The notes beneath the pieces were generated by a model. The model saw nothing but the letters and a program-made list of their open reading frames with translations, did not search any database and was not told where the DNA came from. A stretch of DNA of 248,000 nt from Rhodosorus marinus CCMP1338 (lineage: Eukaryota; Plantae; Rhodophyta). Both the position numbers and the translations under genes were made by a program. How positions within the stretch are numbered: position 1 is the stretch's first letter; each line of letters starts with the position of its first letter. Positions 65,800 to 79,385 of the stretch are shown here, in pieces. The DNA lies in NCBI GenBank assembly GCA_029953675.1, contig JAMWBK010000004.1:1012001-1260000 (forward strand), read 5' to 3'.

Positions 65800-68700
65800 A
65801 GGGTGTCCGGTGCCAGTTTTCGGTTGTTTTGCGTGGCAAGTGGGTTCTTCGGTGGGAGGCGCTTCTCTCTGCTGCCTTTCCCCCCGTTTTTTCGGGTTTT
65901 GTTGTTGGTAGTCGGGTCATTCACCTTTTCGTTGTTGGGTCGTGACGGGAATTTTGCTCCTGTGGAGTTGAGTGGTGTGTGTTTTCGGCGGGGGAATTGG
66001 TGGTTAAAGTATCGTCATTAAATTCTCTCGTAATGGTAGGGGTAAGAGTGGTGGGGAAGGGGAGGAAAATGAGGGCAAGTCAGTGGAGAACGCCCCTATT
66101 ACTTTGTTGAAGCCCGAGGGAGCTATACCTTGAGCCTCGCGGAGTGGGTGGCTGACAACTCTGGTGAGGTTAGGCGGAAAACGTGCTAGGACCGACTCCC
66201 CCGGGTCTAAGGGGGAGAAACAGGATTAGCTCCCCGCGTACGGCTATGAGGTCGCAGCCGATGGTTTTGCAGTCTTATGTCATGAAGGAGGGCGGAGACT
66301 GGGGCGTTTGGAGTACGCGTTTATGAAGTTGGCTCCGGCATTGGATCTCTTTGGAAGGAGCCTTCCTTCCCCTCCGTGGCAGAATTCCGCCTGTCGTCCT
66401 ACCTCGTGGCGAGCTCTTAGTGGCTGGGACCATCCTGGACTTCATCTTCACGAGGCTGGCGAGTAACCTTCGGGACACCGTCATGTGGGAATTTCTGGGG
66501 GTCATGCCGCGCCTGAGTCTGCCCCAACTCACACGCCGGAGCGCAGATGGCGTGTCCGAGATCGGCTTGCCATGTTCCTGAAAGGGGAATTCGAGGTGTT
66601 ACAGGAAAGCTACTTGGCGTCGTGGGAACCATCCGTTGGTCGGACCCGGGCGGAACCGTCTCGCCCCTGACGGCTCGAGTGCAGAAATTGGTAGCGGTGG
66701 GCGACTTGAGTCGAGCGGCGCGAGTTCTGGAGGGCCAGGCGCCTGCCCTCCCCTACGAAGAAAATCTCGCCCAGACGGTGTCATCTTTGTTCCCCTCGTC
66801 CGACGCGGACTTGCTACCCGAATTCGAAGCATTCTTGGACCGTCCGGAGTTGGCCCGGTTTCAAATCGACCTGAGTCTCAACGAGTCTGATCTGGAGGAT
66901 TTGCTTCGTACCTCGCGTCGTGGACGCTGTGCTGGACCCTCAGGGCTTCGAACCGAGTTATTGCAGGCCTTGGGCAAGCCTGGCCGGAGCGCGCTGCTCA
67001 AGATCCTGAACAAACTGTTCCAGGGCACATCGGGTGCGTCTGCCCCTTGGGAACAGCTCCGAAGGGCACAAGTTTGCTTGCTCACGAAGCCTGGCCATCA
67101 TCCGGCCCACCCGCGTCTCCGGCTGATCGGTATGGTCGAGAGCCCACGGAAGCTAGCCGGAAGCTGGCTATGCCAGCGCCTTCGCCAGTGGTTCACGGCT
67201 TTCATGGCGCCCTTGCAAAGTGGGGGTGGGATTTTCGGGGGGTTGCGAATTGATCACCCATGGGATCGAGCTGGAGCGTGCCTGTAGACCGGACTGGGGA
67301 GTTTTGGTGGTTGATTTTCGAAACGCATTCAACAGCGTCTCGCGGACGCATGCGTTAGAGGTGATCCGACGGGTTTTTCCGGAGGCGTGGCCCTTCCTCT
67401 CTGGTCTTTACGGAAGGGGGAGCCTCCCCTACTGCACCAGGGAGGGCACTGTTTTCCAAGCACATACTGGAGTCCAACAAGGCGATCCTTGTGGGCCTCT
67501 AATGCATGCCTGTGCCTTGCACCTCGTTCTCCTGCGTCTCGCGACTGAGGTACCGGCTCTTCGTATCTACGCCTATCACGACCACGTGATCTTGCTGGGC
67601 GCCCCTGAAACCCTGGCTCGGGGTTTGACCCCAGATCGAAGCGATTGCACGTGGAGTAGGTCTGACGGTGGAACCTGAAAAGTGTCGTTTTCTCGCTCCA
67701 AGTGAAGTTTCAATGGCCTTTCTGCCATCTACTCTACGAACCATAGGCGAACGTGAAGGGTTGGAGCACCACGGTGTCGGTTTCGGGAGCAACAACTTCG
67801 TCCAAGTCTCTTGCGAACGAGTTTTGACTCGGCACAAGCAGCTCACTGACGCCATTGAGCGCCTTCCAGACAGCATGCCGCAATCGGCCTGCTTCCTTTC
67901 CCACTTTTGTGCCGGTCCCCGACTCAACTACTAGTTGCGTAGCCTACCACTCGACGGGGGTTCGTGGATCGCCGCCAAGCCGACGAGATGAGGCTGAACC
68001 ACTGGGGCACGCTCTTGGATGAACCCCTCGATCTTGAAGCGGCTCCCGACAGGGACTTAATTCGTGCCAAGCTCGCTCTACCGTTGCGCTTAGGGGGATT
68101 TGGTGTCGGTCGCAGATCGGGGACTCGTGTGCTCGCCTGGGGGCGGTCGCCTCCTGGGCAATCGCGCTCCGTACCTTGGTGACTTTCCGGATACAAAGTG
68201 CCTGCCTTTTGGCTCGAGCACTGACTAGCGAGGACCCAGTGACCCTTCCGCCCCAGCTTTTGACTATCTATGATGGTCTACAACAGGCGTTCCGGAAGTG
68301 CAACGCCGTGCCGGACGAGAATCGATCCCGTTTTCGATCCTGGCGGGAACTGCTATGGGGACGAACTGAGGCGATTGAGGACTCACCCATTGACAGAGTT
68401 CTTGCCGATGAGGTAGAAGCTAGCCCCGGGTCACCTGTTGCAGATTACCCAGGTCTGAGCCGATTGTCGAGCTCCCGCACTGGTGTGATTCAACCTAGCC
68501 TCACCTGGGGCCAACACAGTGCCGCTCACGCAATCTTGCTCAACACTCCCCTCACACCGCCTACCACCGCCGCTCGCCTTCGCGGCATGGGAGGCCATCT
68601 CTCGTACCTGTGGTTATCCACTCTGCCTTCGTCGCCGGGTCACCGTCTAGATGCCTTCCAGTTCCGCTCTGCCGCACGGATCTACTTAGGTTTGCCACAA

Positions 68701-69530
68701 GCCCCGTGGCACTCTAATCGGCCGTCTTTCTGTCAGGGATGTGAGAGTCGGATTGACGCTAGTGGCTACCACTTCTTGGGTTCATGCCGACTGTTACGAG
68801 GTCTCCGCACGAGGCGCCACACTCGTCTCAAGTACATCCTAACCGAATGTTTAACTCGGGTAGGGCATGCGGTTGAGGTGGAATCGGAACTACCCAGATC
68901 GGTCTCGGACACGGCGCCGGCCCGCTGTATCGCAGATCTTCTTGTCTGAGACCCTGCCGCCCGACGCTCAGCATATGTTGACCTCGCGATTACATGCCCT
69001 GTGGCGAGCGCCCACCTCACGGCTGCCGCCCGAGGCCGAGGGGCAGCCGCTTCGGCTCTTCGATGAGTGAAGGAACGACGGTATGCCGAGAGCATGGCCA
69101 GTCTGCCCTACGCCGAGGGTCGCTCCCGCCGGTTCCATCCTTTCATTGTGGAAAGCTTTGGTCATTTGGATAAGTCGGGTTTAGAGTGGTTGCGTAAATG
69201 TTTCGCTGAGCATCCTACTGAGTACTTGGAGCTTTTACGGCGTTTGAGTGCCGCCCTGTGGCGATATTCTAGCAGTATGCTTGACGAGGCGCGCCATCGG
69301 CGCATGGGTTTGCACGCTTCCCTCCCTAGTTCTTAGTTCTTTTTTCACGCCTTGCGTAGGCTTCAGGCTATGTTAATAAAGCCCAGTAAAGCCCTGGAAT
69401 AAAACCAATAAAGCCCAATAAAGCCCAATAAAGCCCAGTGAAGCCCAGTAAAGCGCAATAAAGCCAATAAAGCCGGTAAAGCCCAGTAAAGCCCAATAAA
69501 GCCAAAAAACCAATAAAACCAATGAAAACA
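65800..69530 (+). mobile_element. Degenerate family B-type element (5' UTR, ORF2 fragments) ending in an expanded decamer tail
   Basis: RT and RLE ORFs 66547-69336; tail 69365-69530 of (A[AG]TAAAGCCC)-like units. Confidence 0.85.
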
Positions 69531-70339
69531 AAAAAAAGCCGTTTGGAGATTGAAATGTTTTGTTGCATTTCATTCTCCCAACGTCTTTTTTTTCTTCAAT
69601 CTACGAAAATACGTTTTCAAACAAATGAATTGGAAACAAAAAGGAAAAAAGCCAAAAGCCGTTGAGAGTTCCCAAAGGGTTTGTTCGCTCAGCGGCGGGG
69701 GAGGACAAACCTTTTGGAACTCGTCCGTGCACCCGGGCACGGAAGTCTTTCGCATGCCATAGAGGGTGGAGATATCATACATTCGGACATCTTCGGCCCA
69801 GTGACCACGAACGCCAAATAGTCTTCCCCAGCCTCCGAAAACAAATACATGCATTTTAAGCAAAAAAAAAAAAACATAAAGGAAAAAGCAGAGGCAGCGC
69901 ACATGAGAGTTGGCCCGACCGCGAGGGGGTGGGGTGGGGGTTAGAGGGAAGGCTGTTCCTGGAAGTGGTTGTGGAGCGAACGGGAAACAAGCCGTAACCT
70001 CTAAAAATAGTCAAACTGTGCACCAATAGTCTTATAGGGGGAGGGAGGGTGAGGTGAGGGACCTCAAACCAAGTACATGAATGGTGTTTCTTGCTATCGT
70101 TCGTATCCGTGGTTTTGCAAATCCGGCCTTTGGCGCTACTCAGATCGTAAGTCATTGGACGACACACAAACCCCAGCGTCACAGTTGATCTGATGCTATG
70201 GGTAGAGGCTTCAGTAGGAAGATACACGGAAGGGTATAAATATCACCTGGGATGTTGATTTGCGGGCGGAGGGACTGGGGAGGTAGCAACTGTGCGGTGG
70301 ACTGTCATCATATTTTGGGGTGTATTTGAAAGAATATTC

Positions 70340-71725
70340 ATGAAGCACGGTTTGGTAGTGATCCTGCTTGCCGGGATTTTCGGCTTGACGGTTGGCGATG
70401 ATGCCACATGCGCAACTTTTTTTAATCCGCTCGTTTCATACTACACGATTTCTCCCTCGTGCTATACACTGGAAGTTGAAGATGAAACGGTGGGAACCGT
70501 AAGCAATAGCGATGTCGTGAAGACGCAGGGACCGAACAAGGGAGAGACGTGTATCAGGTTCACTTTTGTCGTGCGCAATGGACTAGGGATTAGACGAGCC
70601 AAACTCGGGCTATGGCTTCGAGACATTCCTCTCGATCAAGCTCGGTTCACTCGTAAGAGGAAGTTTCTAGACAGTGAGCCGAACACGGTGAGAGTAGATG
70701 CATGCCTGGACGATATCCAGACAGAAGGTGACTGCTGCAGTGAAGAAAGTAGCACACCGTTGCTCGTGGTTGAGGCGAAGGTTCGCATGGAGGACGGCAA
70801 AGTGCGTACTGCTCGACTGGTTGGGAATGATGGCGCACCAGTAAGACAGCAGGTCTCGGATCCTCCACTGGCAACGTCGGACATAACCTGCCGGCCCCAA
70901 GCTCTATCTCCAAGTCTTCTGTGCGATCGCGTTAGTGACCAGGATGGGATCCCATTCTGGGCATGCAGGGTCGCACTTTCATGCCTTGTCGTCGGCAGCC
71001 CACCGGAGTTTGGCGGCATCAACCGAATCGATAAATTTGCAGGAACAGTTCAAGTGGTGATTGTACCGGCCGAAACGGAGTTTGAACCGGGAGCGATTGA
71101 GCTGACTCTTTACGAACCAATGATACCCCTGCGAACCTCGGGGAACTCTATCCGTGCAAACGCGAATACAGTGGTCCGTCGGCCTGCAGCGTCTGTGCAA
71201 GATTTTGGATCATTCTCCATTGTGACATTTGCGGTGCCAGAGCTCGCTGAATTGTTTATAGTCGCTTTTACCGTGGAGTTCGCTTTTACGCCACCCTTGA
71301 GGTATTCAGTGAGGGCCCAAGAGAAACAACGAGATCTAGTAGAATTTATCAGTTTCTTCACGGGCCAGGTTGTTGCGAATTCTGGCCCATACAAAGGACT
71401 GCAGGCAACCGATTCCTATTTTGGCGGGCCACTTGAGCCCCCTGGGCTACTTGAGGACGTGACAGTTGTGGGACGGATCGGCAGCGTTGTTTGCGGGTAT
71501 TGCTTCAATTCAAATCTGCCACCGAGAGGAGAATGGGAAGTCTTGCAATCCGGCCAACCGGAGGGCCTAAATGAAGGCCAGTTCTCAGCTGAATTGGCAC
71601 GCCAACCCGGCCGTTGTATCTTTGACGCCCAAATAGGGAGTTTCGGATCGGTGTGTGGCCCACCTGGAGCCCTAGGGGTAGGCGAACGTTCGGCTCGTTC
71701 TTATATCAATTGCTTCCCTTTCTAA
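70340..71725 (+). CDS. Secreted protein: shared Cys domain plus unknown C-terminal domain
   Basis: Signal peptide; CYTLEV..VGTV..CIRFTF..RFTRKR..DCC..EAKV; intronless. Confidence 0.8.
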   Translation: MKHGLVVILLAGIFGLTVGDDATCATFFNPLVSYYTISPSCYTLEVEDETVGTVSNSDVVKTQGPNKGETCIRFTFVVRNGLGIRRAKLGLWLRDIPLDQARFTRKRKFLDSEPNTVRVDACLDDIQTEGDCCSEESSTPLLVVEAKVRMEDGKVRTARLVGNDGAPVRQQVSDPPLATSDITCRPQALSPSLLCDRVSDQDGIPFWACRVALSCLVVGSPPEFGGINRIDKFAGTVQVVIVPAETEFEPGAIELTLYEPMIPLRTSGNSIRANANTVVRRPAASVQDFGSFSIVTFAVPELAELFIVAFTVEFAFTPPLRYSVRAQEKQRDLVEFISFFTGQVVANSGPYKGLQATDSYFGGPLEPPGLLEDVTVVGRIGSVVCGYCFNSNLPPRGEWEVLQSGQPEGLNEGQFSAELARQPGRCIFDAQIGSFGSVCGPPGALGVGERSARSYINCFPF

Positions 71726-72129
71726 TCGAGACTCTTACAAAATCTCCCATCTTGCCTGCATAGATCCTCCAATACCAAGATATCGTCAAAGGACAGGTTG
71801 TGTGTAAATGCACCCAGCCAACACCCCCCCCGACACCGTAAAGTAGGTGGGCAGCAACGGGGAGGGAAAGCCGATCCAATCCTGCCGGATAATCTTGTAA
71901 AACTGTCTTGGGCTTGCTTTCCAATCTCGTATCAGAAATAGTGCTGATTGTGTTGCCGCTCGGTGTCTTGAGTAGGTCTGGATAAAAACTCGTACCGGCT
72001 CCCATTTCAAGTTATAAGTCATTGCGTTTTCAGCACAGGCGCGCACCGTTTGTGTTACCCCGTTTTACGACTGATCTGCACCTATCGAATGCTCCGTTGA
72101 AGCATCACGTAAACACCCCGTAAACACCC

Positions 72130-74040
72130 TCTGTGTTTAGAATGAATTTGTTTAATCGGAGACTGAAAGAAAAACAACACCGAGGGTCAAAAAAGAATAG
72201 GCGCCGCGCTATGACGCTGTGCGGTACTCTTCCAACACTGATTCAAACCAGGTCCCAAGGAGAGAGCCTTCTGCGTGAAAGAGCAAACGTAGCGGTGAAG
72301 AAAGATCATCGGAGCGTGGAATCACAGGTTGCCGCTGCTGGAGGATACCGGCTGTTCGCCGCAGATCACCGCCTGACACCACGTGACGCGCCCGATTCTG
72401 TCGAGAAGACCTGAAAGCTCAGGGGGCACAACGAGAATAGGAAGAGAGAGAAGCGAAATGGAGACGTTCGAGGTCCTCAAAGTTGCCGGAAAGGAACATT
72501 TGCAATTTTCGGCGAGGGCGGACCCGGCGAGGACGCGGATTGAGGGGGACGGTAGAGGAGGTGAGCACGCGCGGCGGGGAAAAAAAACAAGAGTTCCCGT
72601 CGAAGAGAGCAGTGAGGGTTCGCAGCGACCTCCTGCCAGAGAAAATCCAACACCAATCCCGGGGGCATATGAAGACGACGAGGGAGCCGGACGGCCGTGC
72701 TCTGACGACAAAGGGGAAGGGAACCGTCCGGGTAGGAGGCGACGAGGTGCAAAAATCACGAGGGACGACGCTTATGCCAGGCTGAGCGGCCACTGGTAAA
72801 CAAGTGTAACCGGGACGACACGCGCTCGGAGGAGGAAGACTCTGACATCGGGCCTCCACCCAGTCGGGAAGGCAGATTGAATATCCCGAGGAGGTGCCTC
72901 GGAGGGAGGCTCAGGAGCCGCACGACACTTACGTAGGGGGCGCACAAAGGAACTAAAAGACATGAAGAAGGTAGACACAGGGTTTTCAGTAGCGGAATCT
73001 CGACTGACGGTGTTCACAGCCAGCGGGTTGGGAGAGACCGATGGTGCTTCTGCCATGTCAGTTTCACGAGCTTCGGATGGCAGGGCGAGGAGAGGAAGGG
73101 CCCTCAAGAGTCGGCGGCAGAAGGTCAACGGCAGGGTGGGCTTCCCGCAGGGCCGCCTCGGTGGAGAGGAAGGCCTCTAGCGCGGTGCGGAGGACCCGGC
73201 GAGGAGGAAAACGCGCGAAGAGGCTCGCCTGTATGGGTGAGAACCGTGCCGTATGAGTGTATAGGGCGCGACAACCGAAGCCTGTGAGGCATCCAGGTTT
73301 TTCAGGGCCCAGGGGGGAACCCAGCCGGCGTCAAAACGATCGAATTCGACAAACAAAGACACATGAGGACGAGTTAGGATCATGTTGGCTTGAGCAGGGC
73401 GCTGGAGCGCGAGGGTGGTCACAAGCGAGTGGAGGAACTGGTAAGCCGAGTGAGTAACAAGAACACCTGCGGAAGGATCATTCACAAAAAGAGTCGAGGA
73501 GCCTGGAAGGGTTTTCTTCAACACATCCCCTGAATACGCTGTTCCAGGGTGCAGGGGGTGCGTCTGCCCCTTGGGACCATCTGCGACGGGCACAGCTTTG
73601 CTTGTTAACGAAACCCGACCAAGAGCCGGCACACCCGCGTCTCCGGCCGATCGACATGGTTGAGAGTCTACGGAAACTCCCGGGGAGGTGGCTATGCCAG
73701 CGCCTACGCCAGCGAGTCACCGCCTTTATGGCGCCTTGGCAGGTAGAGGTGGGATTTTCCGGGGGTTGCGAACTAATCACCCATACGATCGAGCTCGAGC
73801 GAGCCAGTAGGCCTGATTGGGGCGTTTTGGTAGTTGACTTCCGTAACGCGTTCAACAGCGTCTCGCGGACGCATGCTTTGGAGGTGATTCGCACGATATT
73901 CCCGGAGGCGTGGCCGTTCCTATCCGGTATTTACGGAGGAGGGAGCCTCTCTTACTTGACAACGCAGGGCTCTGTTTTTGCAGCACGTAATGGCGTTCAA
74001 CAGGGTGATCCTTGTTGGCCGGTACTTCACGCGTAGTCAG
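72130..74040. mobile_element. Family A ORF1/ORF2-junction fragment (minus) abutting a family B RT fragment (plus)
   Basis: Matches 168.2-169.4 kb and 57.9-58.3 kb respectively. Confidence 0.8.
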
Positions 74041-75598
74041 GTTGTGAAGGAGTTGGGTCTCAGTGCCACTGTCGTGTGCCTGGGCTAAGAGACCCATAAA
74101 TTGCAGAATAAGCCCATTGTAGAGCGGGGTCTTGTGCTTGGGCGCGTCGAGATGCAACTTCAGCGCTCCGCAGCTCAGATCAATTGCCAAAGGAGTAGTT
74201 CCGTCGTTGCCAGGTGCAGATGCAGTTGCAGGCTCAGAAACAGGGACTGGGAAAGGCTCAGGTCCGTCTGCCGCCAGACTAACGGCCGGCAGGTCTTCCA
74301 TTGTTGCGTCTGTGGAAAAGCCCCCCCCTCCGGAGGTACGGCCTCTAGGGTAGTCATATTACTCGAAACGCGTTCTCGAAAGAATCAAAGTGCAACTCTG
74401 CCGCCACGATAAATTCCAAAGTCCAAAAAGAAAAACCCCAGACTCCAGACTAACGTAGCCGTGTACACTTCGCAGAAGAAACCCCAGACTAACGTATTCC
74501 CGCCACCATGTATCGATTCGATAAACTCATTATCTCGCAAAACATCACCAAAAGTTGCCAAAACAAGCTCCAGACGTAGATAGCATCCCTACCGGAGCTG
74601 GACATTCTCGGCACTAGCTGGCCGACTAGATCTTCGCCACTTTCAGCTCCTTCAGCATGAACTTCACTCAATACGTCATCTCCTCTGCTGTAAAACCGCC
74701 TCGGCAAGTAGCCATTCGCCGACGAAGTCATAGAAGACGCGGACGGTCACGACTGGCATGTGTAGACTTAACCATAATCCACCCCCTAGCCTCCCCTTAG
74801 ATGTCATTCTCTGCATCGGAGGGTATCAGCAGCCCCGCGAATCACGTATCGCAACAGGTAGAAGGTGTACCAGGAAGCCCTCTCGAACTTGACCGCCTTA
74901 AAGTCGATCGTATCACATCTTCTGTTCAGCTTGTCATCAGCTCTTTGCACTGGTAGAGAGGTTCTTCGATTGAGAGATTTCGTGCCCTGTTTCCCCTATC
75001 GCCGAGTCCACATCATTGATGATCTATTTTACTATGGAGCGAGACAAATGCCAAACCCTTTTTCTTCCCGTTACTCCGCAACGTTAGGGTCGCTGTTGAA
75101 AATGTTCCACCCGTCAACGGACGAAAGCACTTTGGTGTCATCGTCCTGAAAGGACCGAAGTGCGACGCAGTCAAGGCAGGTGAACACAAAACCGCCGAAG
75201 ATCAAACTGGGAGGAACGCAAGTCTCAGCTCGCCGTGACGCATCGAAGATACGAGCACGCCCTTGTTGAAACAACCGGGAGGAAGTATCACAAGAGCCCT
75301 TGACTATTTTATTGACAGCTACTATCATAGATACTAACCCGACCTGAAGCGCCCAATCGAACTTTGCCGGAGAGCTGCAGTTCCTACCACATCCTCCTGT
75401 CTGTCTACCCTCACTGCTCTTGCAAACGGCTCAGGGCGTCTAGCCATGCTCTTCAGCAGCTAGCGCTCGATTCAGACAGCCTTTCCTATGTCGAACTGGC
75501 AGCTGCCAACTGCCCTCGAACAACAGCGCAGGCCCAGAACCAGTTCGACAACAACGGGTTCATTCCCTGCCCGTGGGAAGGTCGTCTCTCCTAGAAGC

Positions 75599-76438
75599 TT
75601 AAATAACTGTAGACTTCGACGATATTGGCTTTGTTGTCCTCGTTTTCTTCATCGACCAGTAGGTTTGGAAGTAGAACCTTGTGAACAGGATAAAGTACGA
75701 AAACAGCACTGATACCCCGACTATTGCCCCGGTATCGTTTCCATGACATTTCTCCGGCGTGAACAGGTATCGATAATAGGCATACGACGACGAGGAGACG
75801 CCTACGATGAACTGGATGATCTGCACCGTCGTGAGATGTTTCTTCCACCATACGTGAATCTTCAGTGCGGAGAGGATGTAGTAGTAGTACATGGCGACAT
75901 GAACGCCGAGGTTGTAGAGTATCGGGACCCACTGGGCGGTGCTGTGCTCATTCTGCTGGGACCAGGTCAAGAGGAGAGTCGCTCCATGGTGGTACTCGTG
76001 AAGGAACATTACAGGTTTCTTTCTCAGCACCAGAAAGACAGTGTCCAGCAGCTCATAGTACTTGAGGAGGTAGTTTAGCCAGTAGATCAAGTGCAGGCTG
76101 CCGTTGTCGTGCAGTTCACTCGAGCAGATCATAAAGTCCAGCGTGTCCTTAGCCGACATTCTCCCGTGGGGGCTGTTATACCCCAGAGTAACTCCCAACC
76201 AAATGAACAGAATCGCAGATGCAATGCACAGAAAGGCGTTGTGGGCGATCAACGGTGCCTTTGTATTCATTGGTTTCCTATACTCCATCACTGACTGAAG
76301 TACATGGATGACTAAAAAGTAACCCAAAACAACTGTAGCAGCAACGGAGAGCTTAGATAGAGGCGTTTCTCCTGGAACATACCTCCAGTCCCCTCCTAGG
76401 TCACTTAAATAAGCCATACCCTTCTCCAGAACATTCAT
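75599..76438 (-). CDS. ELO/GNS1 family fatty-acid elongase
   Basis: KYYELLDTVFLVLRKK, FLHEYHH, NLGVHVAMYYYY, TTVQIIQF, LFTRFYFQTY. Confidence 0.95.
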   Translation of the reverse strand: MNVLEKGMAYLSDLGGDWRYVPGETPLSKLSVAATVVLGYFLVIHVLQSVMEYRKPMNTKAPLIAHNAFLCIASAILFIWLGVTLGYNSPHGRMSAKDTLDFMICSSELHDNGSLHLIYWLNYLLKYYELLDTVFLVLRKKPVMFLHEYHHGATLLLTWSQQNEHSTAQWVPILYNLGVHVAMYYYYILSALKIHVWWKKHLTTVQIIQFIVGVSSSSYAYYRYLFTPEKCHGNDTGAIVGVSVLFSYFILFTRFYFQTYWSMKKTRTTKPISSKSTVI

Positions 76439-77253
76439 CGTGCCCACCCAGCAATCAAATCCGATACTACTCCAATAGTTCCCCTCTCAAAGAAAAATAA
76501 CTGGAAAGAATCATTACTCCATTCCAAAGACTCACACAACTCTCTCTCTCTCTTTCTTTCTGTCGTTCCAACCCCTTCTCTCCTCCCATACCATCCTCCT
76601 CAGTCCACTCCCGCCACAGCCGCAGACTTAGATAGGCACTCCATTCATAGAGTCCAAGCAGGGTTGGGCAATGCCATAAAAAAAGGAACTATCTTTCTAA
76701 GCAATTCTAAACAATCCCCATCGCCTTTGAACTACTGATGTCGTCTGTATATTTAGATCCTCGGTGTCTATATTCAAAATTCATCGACATGAGCCGGGGG
76801 GGGATTGGATTGGGTAATGCGCATACGGACTACGTCGAAGTTCTTAAGATAGCAGTTCATTCTTAATTAGGTGTTATTTTATTGGGTTTTTCATTTGATA
76901 CGTCTATATTTGGAATTGTATTAGAATATATTTAGGTTTATACGCTCGGAGGCGATGAGTTTTTCGGCGACATGTTCGAAATTCATAAAATAAGACATAG
77001 CTCTTAAATAGGTATATGGTGGCGGGAGCTATACATATATATTTCAGGTGATAAGTAGCCCATGCGCCGTATGGCGCGCGCTATGGAGACTTCATGAATT
77101 CACGCAAACTTGCTATGGAACAATATCCCTTATTGATTCTGAAGTAAACCAATTCATTCGATTCGTATTGTGCGAACAATAAATGACCTATATAAAGAAA
77201 AGAGATGTCATAGTAATTTTTTTCCTTTCGGGTTTTTTTCTTTCAGACCCCAA

Positions 77254-77574
77254 TTAAACAATAATTTGTTGTCCTATATAGCTATTTTTCCGGTAATAAA
77301 CGTCCCCTCCCCCTCTACTTCCAGCTACCCTTCTACAACTTGCATTTGTTGTAAGTACTGAAGCTAGTCTTCTATTGTCCTCCGTCCTATTTGTCAACAA
77401 GAAGGCACGGTGCGGCGTAAGGGGAAGAATTGGGGGTAATGAGTCCGTTCTCTTCAGCTCTTGCTGGCCGCGCAGACTCATTCTATATGACCTGTGGGCT
77501 AGTGGGCTTGAGCCAGGTTTCAACGCAAGCTCGAAGTTGACTTCTCGGTGGTAAGTCTTTGACGGTTTCCGCAA
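77254..77574 (-). mobile_element. Gypsy RT N-terminal remnant
   Basis: FELALKPGSSPLAHRSYRMS...QELK. Confidence 0.5.
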
Positions 77575-78039
77575 GAACTCAGGGATCTTGTTATCGGCCG
77601 AATCGGAGAAGGTTATCTGTCGACTGTCGGCATCTTGTTCAAGACCTCTGAATTTTCCTCACGCTAATTTTCTTCAGGGTTTTCTGGACTTTCCTCAGAG
77701 TAATTTTCTTCAGGGTAGTTTATCGTGGGTAGCTGGATCCCCAAGTTCAACTGCTGCTAGAGAACGGTCAAAAAACCCAACCCACTTGGCACAACCCTAC
77801 TATTAAACCAATTCATTTACTGTTCCGTTTATTCCAACTATTCCCAAATTCATTCACTACTACCCTTTCGTATATATTTTATCCGATTAAACAAATTCTT
77901 TCAGAATATCGAACTTCAAAAAGCTGTCCTCTAAGCTAAGAACGGTTGCGGTGCGACATGATTTAGTAAGTATAGTTTTTCGTGATTAAGCGTTTAGTTG
78001 TACAACCAATGAATGGGAGTATATTAATTATTTGGAAAA

Positions 78040-79385
78040 CTACGGCTGGAGTTGAACGCGGAGGTTGGGCGGAGGTACGAAGGTGATGCCACAGGAGGCT
78101 GTGAAATGGACGCCTGGTCCTGGAGGCTTGACGACGAACTTCCATCCGAATATGCCTTCGCAAGTTAGAACAAGCCTGGCGAATGTGGATGTCTTGTAGA
78201 ACGACAGACCGTTGATGTGCCTGGCGAAGGTGCGGTCGTAGAACCCGGGCTTGCTGAGGATTGTCCCGAAGGGGAACGGCTGCTCGTATCCATCTTTGTA
78301 GTCGATCACGGCTTCGATTTCCACTGGCCTCGTCACGTACAGCCTTGCCAGGAAGGCTAACGCGTATGGACATTTATTTACGACGGTGTGGCCCGCGGGG
78401 AAGGCGAAGCTCCTGATCTTGACGGTGTTTCCAGTAACCCTAGTGGGGTACCTCACCCTCACGCACAACTGGTCGTTTTCCTTGTAGACTGATTTGACTT
78501 TGACGTTCTGGCGGACCCATTTCTTCGCGATGTTGGTTCCTGGGAGTTTACTGAAGTCGATTCCGAGGCTGACGGTGTGTGTGGTGAAGGTCTTGGTCAG
78601 TCGCTTCAGCACGAAAGTATTTATTGTGTCTGTGATCAGCTTCTGGAGTGCGTCTTCGCTGAACTGATGGAGCAGAACCGCCTTCAGGTCGGCCGCCATC
78701 GCCGAGTTGACCGCGTCCATCCTCGCGGGGAAGGATGGGATATTGTTCTTCATCCACTGTTGGTTGGCGATGCCACCGATCACCTCCACTTTCACAGGCT
78801 TCACCCGTAGCCCCAGGAGGTCGGGGTCAAACTGGAAGCTTATCCGGATCCTGAAGTTTTCAAGGTCCGCTCTATGCGTCTGGTGAGCGGTTGCGCACGG
78901 TTTGTTCGTGCTTGTGTCCATGCACCCAGCCTGGAGCTCCCGACCATTCTACTCCATCTTCACATCAACGATGAGGAGCACCACCCCACTTACCACCTTT
79001 GCGTACACGAGGACGCCTTGGGTCTTCATATCCTTATAGTACACTTCGTACAATTTGTTGCTTGAGTTCGGCTCCGTCGGACTTTTCTCCAACGGCGACG
79101 TCCTCGGACATTCAGAGCGTGCTTGATGCCGTCCGGGAACTTGACCCAGCTCGTACTTGCATCGAAAAACCTCGCCACAGGCCCATTCCACTTACCGTAG
79201 TAGTCCATCTGGATCCTGAACTTCTTCAGGTTGGTCTTCGCAAGGTTCACGATGGTCTCATCATCGATGCACAACATATTCAGAGAAAGTCTTCTCGAGC
79301 GGATTGCGTAGAACAATGCTACGCGATTTCCCGCTCACCAACGGCAAAATAATTACGAAAAGACAGCTCAACCTCGTCATCTTGA
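78040..79385 (-). pseudogene. Frameshifted gene for a probable secreted protein of unknown function
   Basis: Hydrophobic leader at ~79385 and successive coding-like frames leading into the 293-aa ORF; at least 2 frameshifts and a stop. Confidence 0.45.

Noticed and set aside
69368-69573. Hydrophobic LLGFTG-repeat ORFs
   Set aside because: Antisense reading of the retrotransposon decamer tail.
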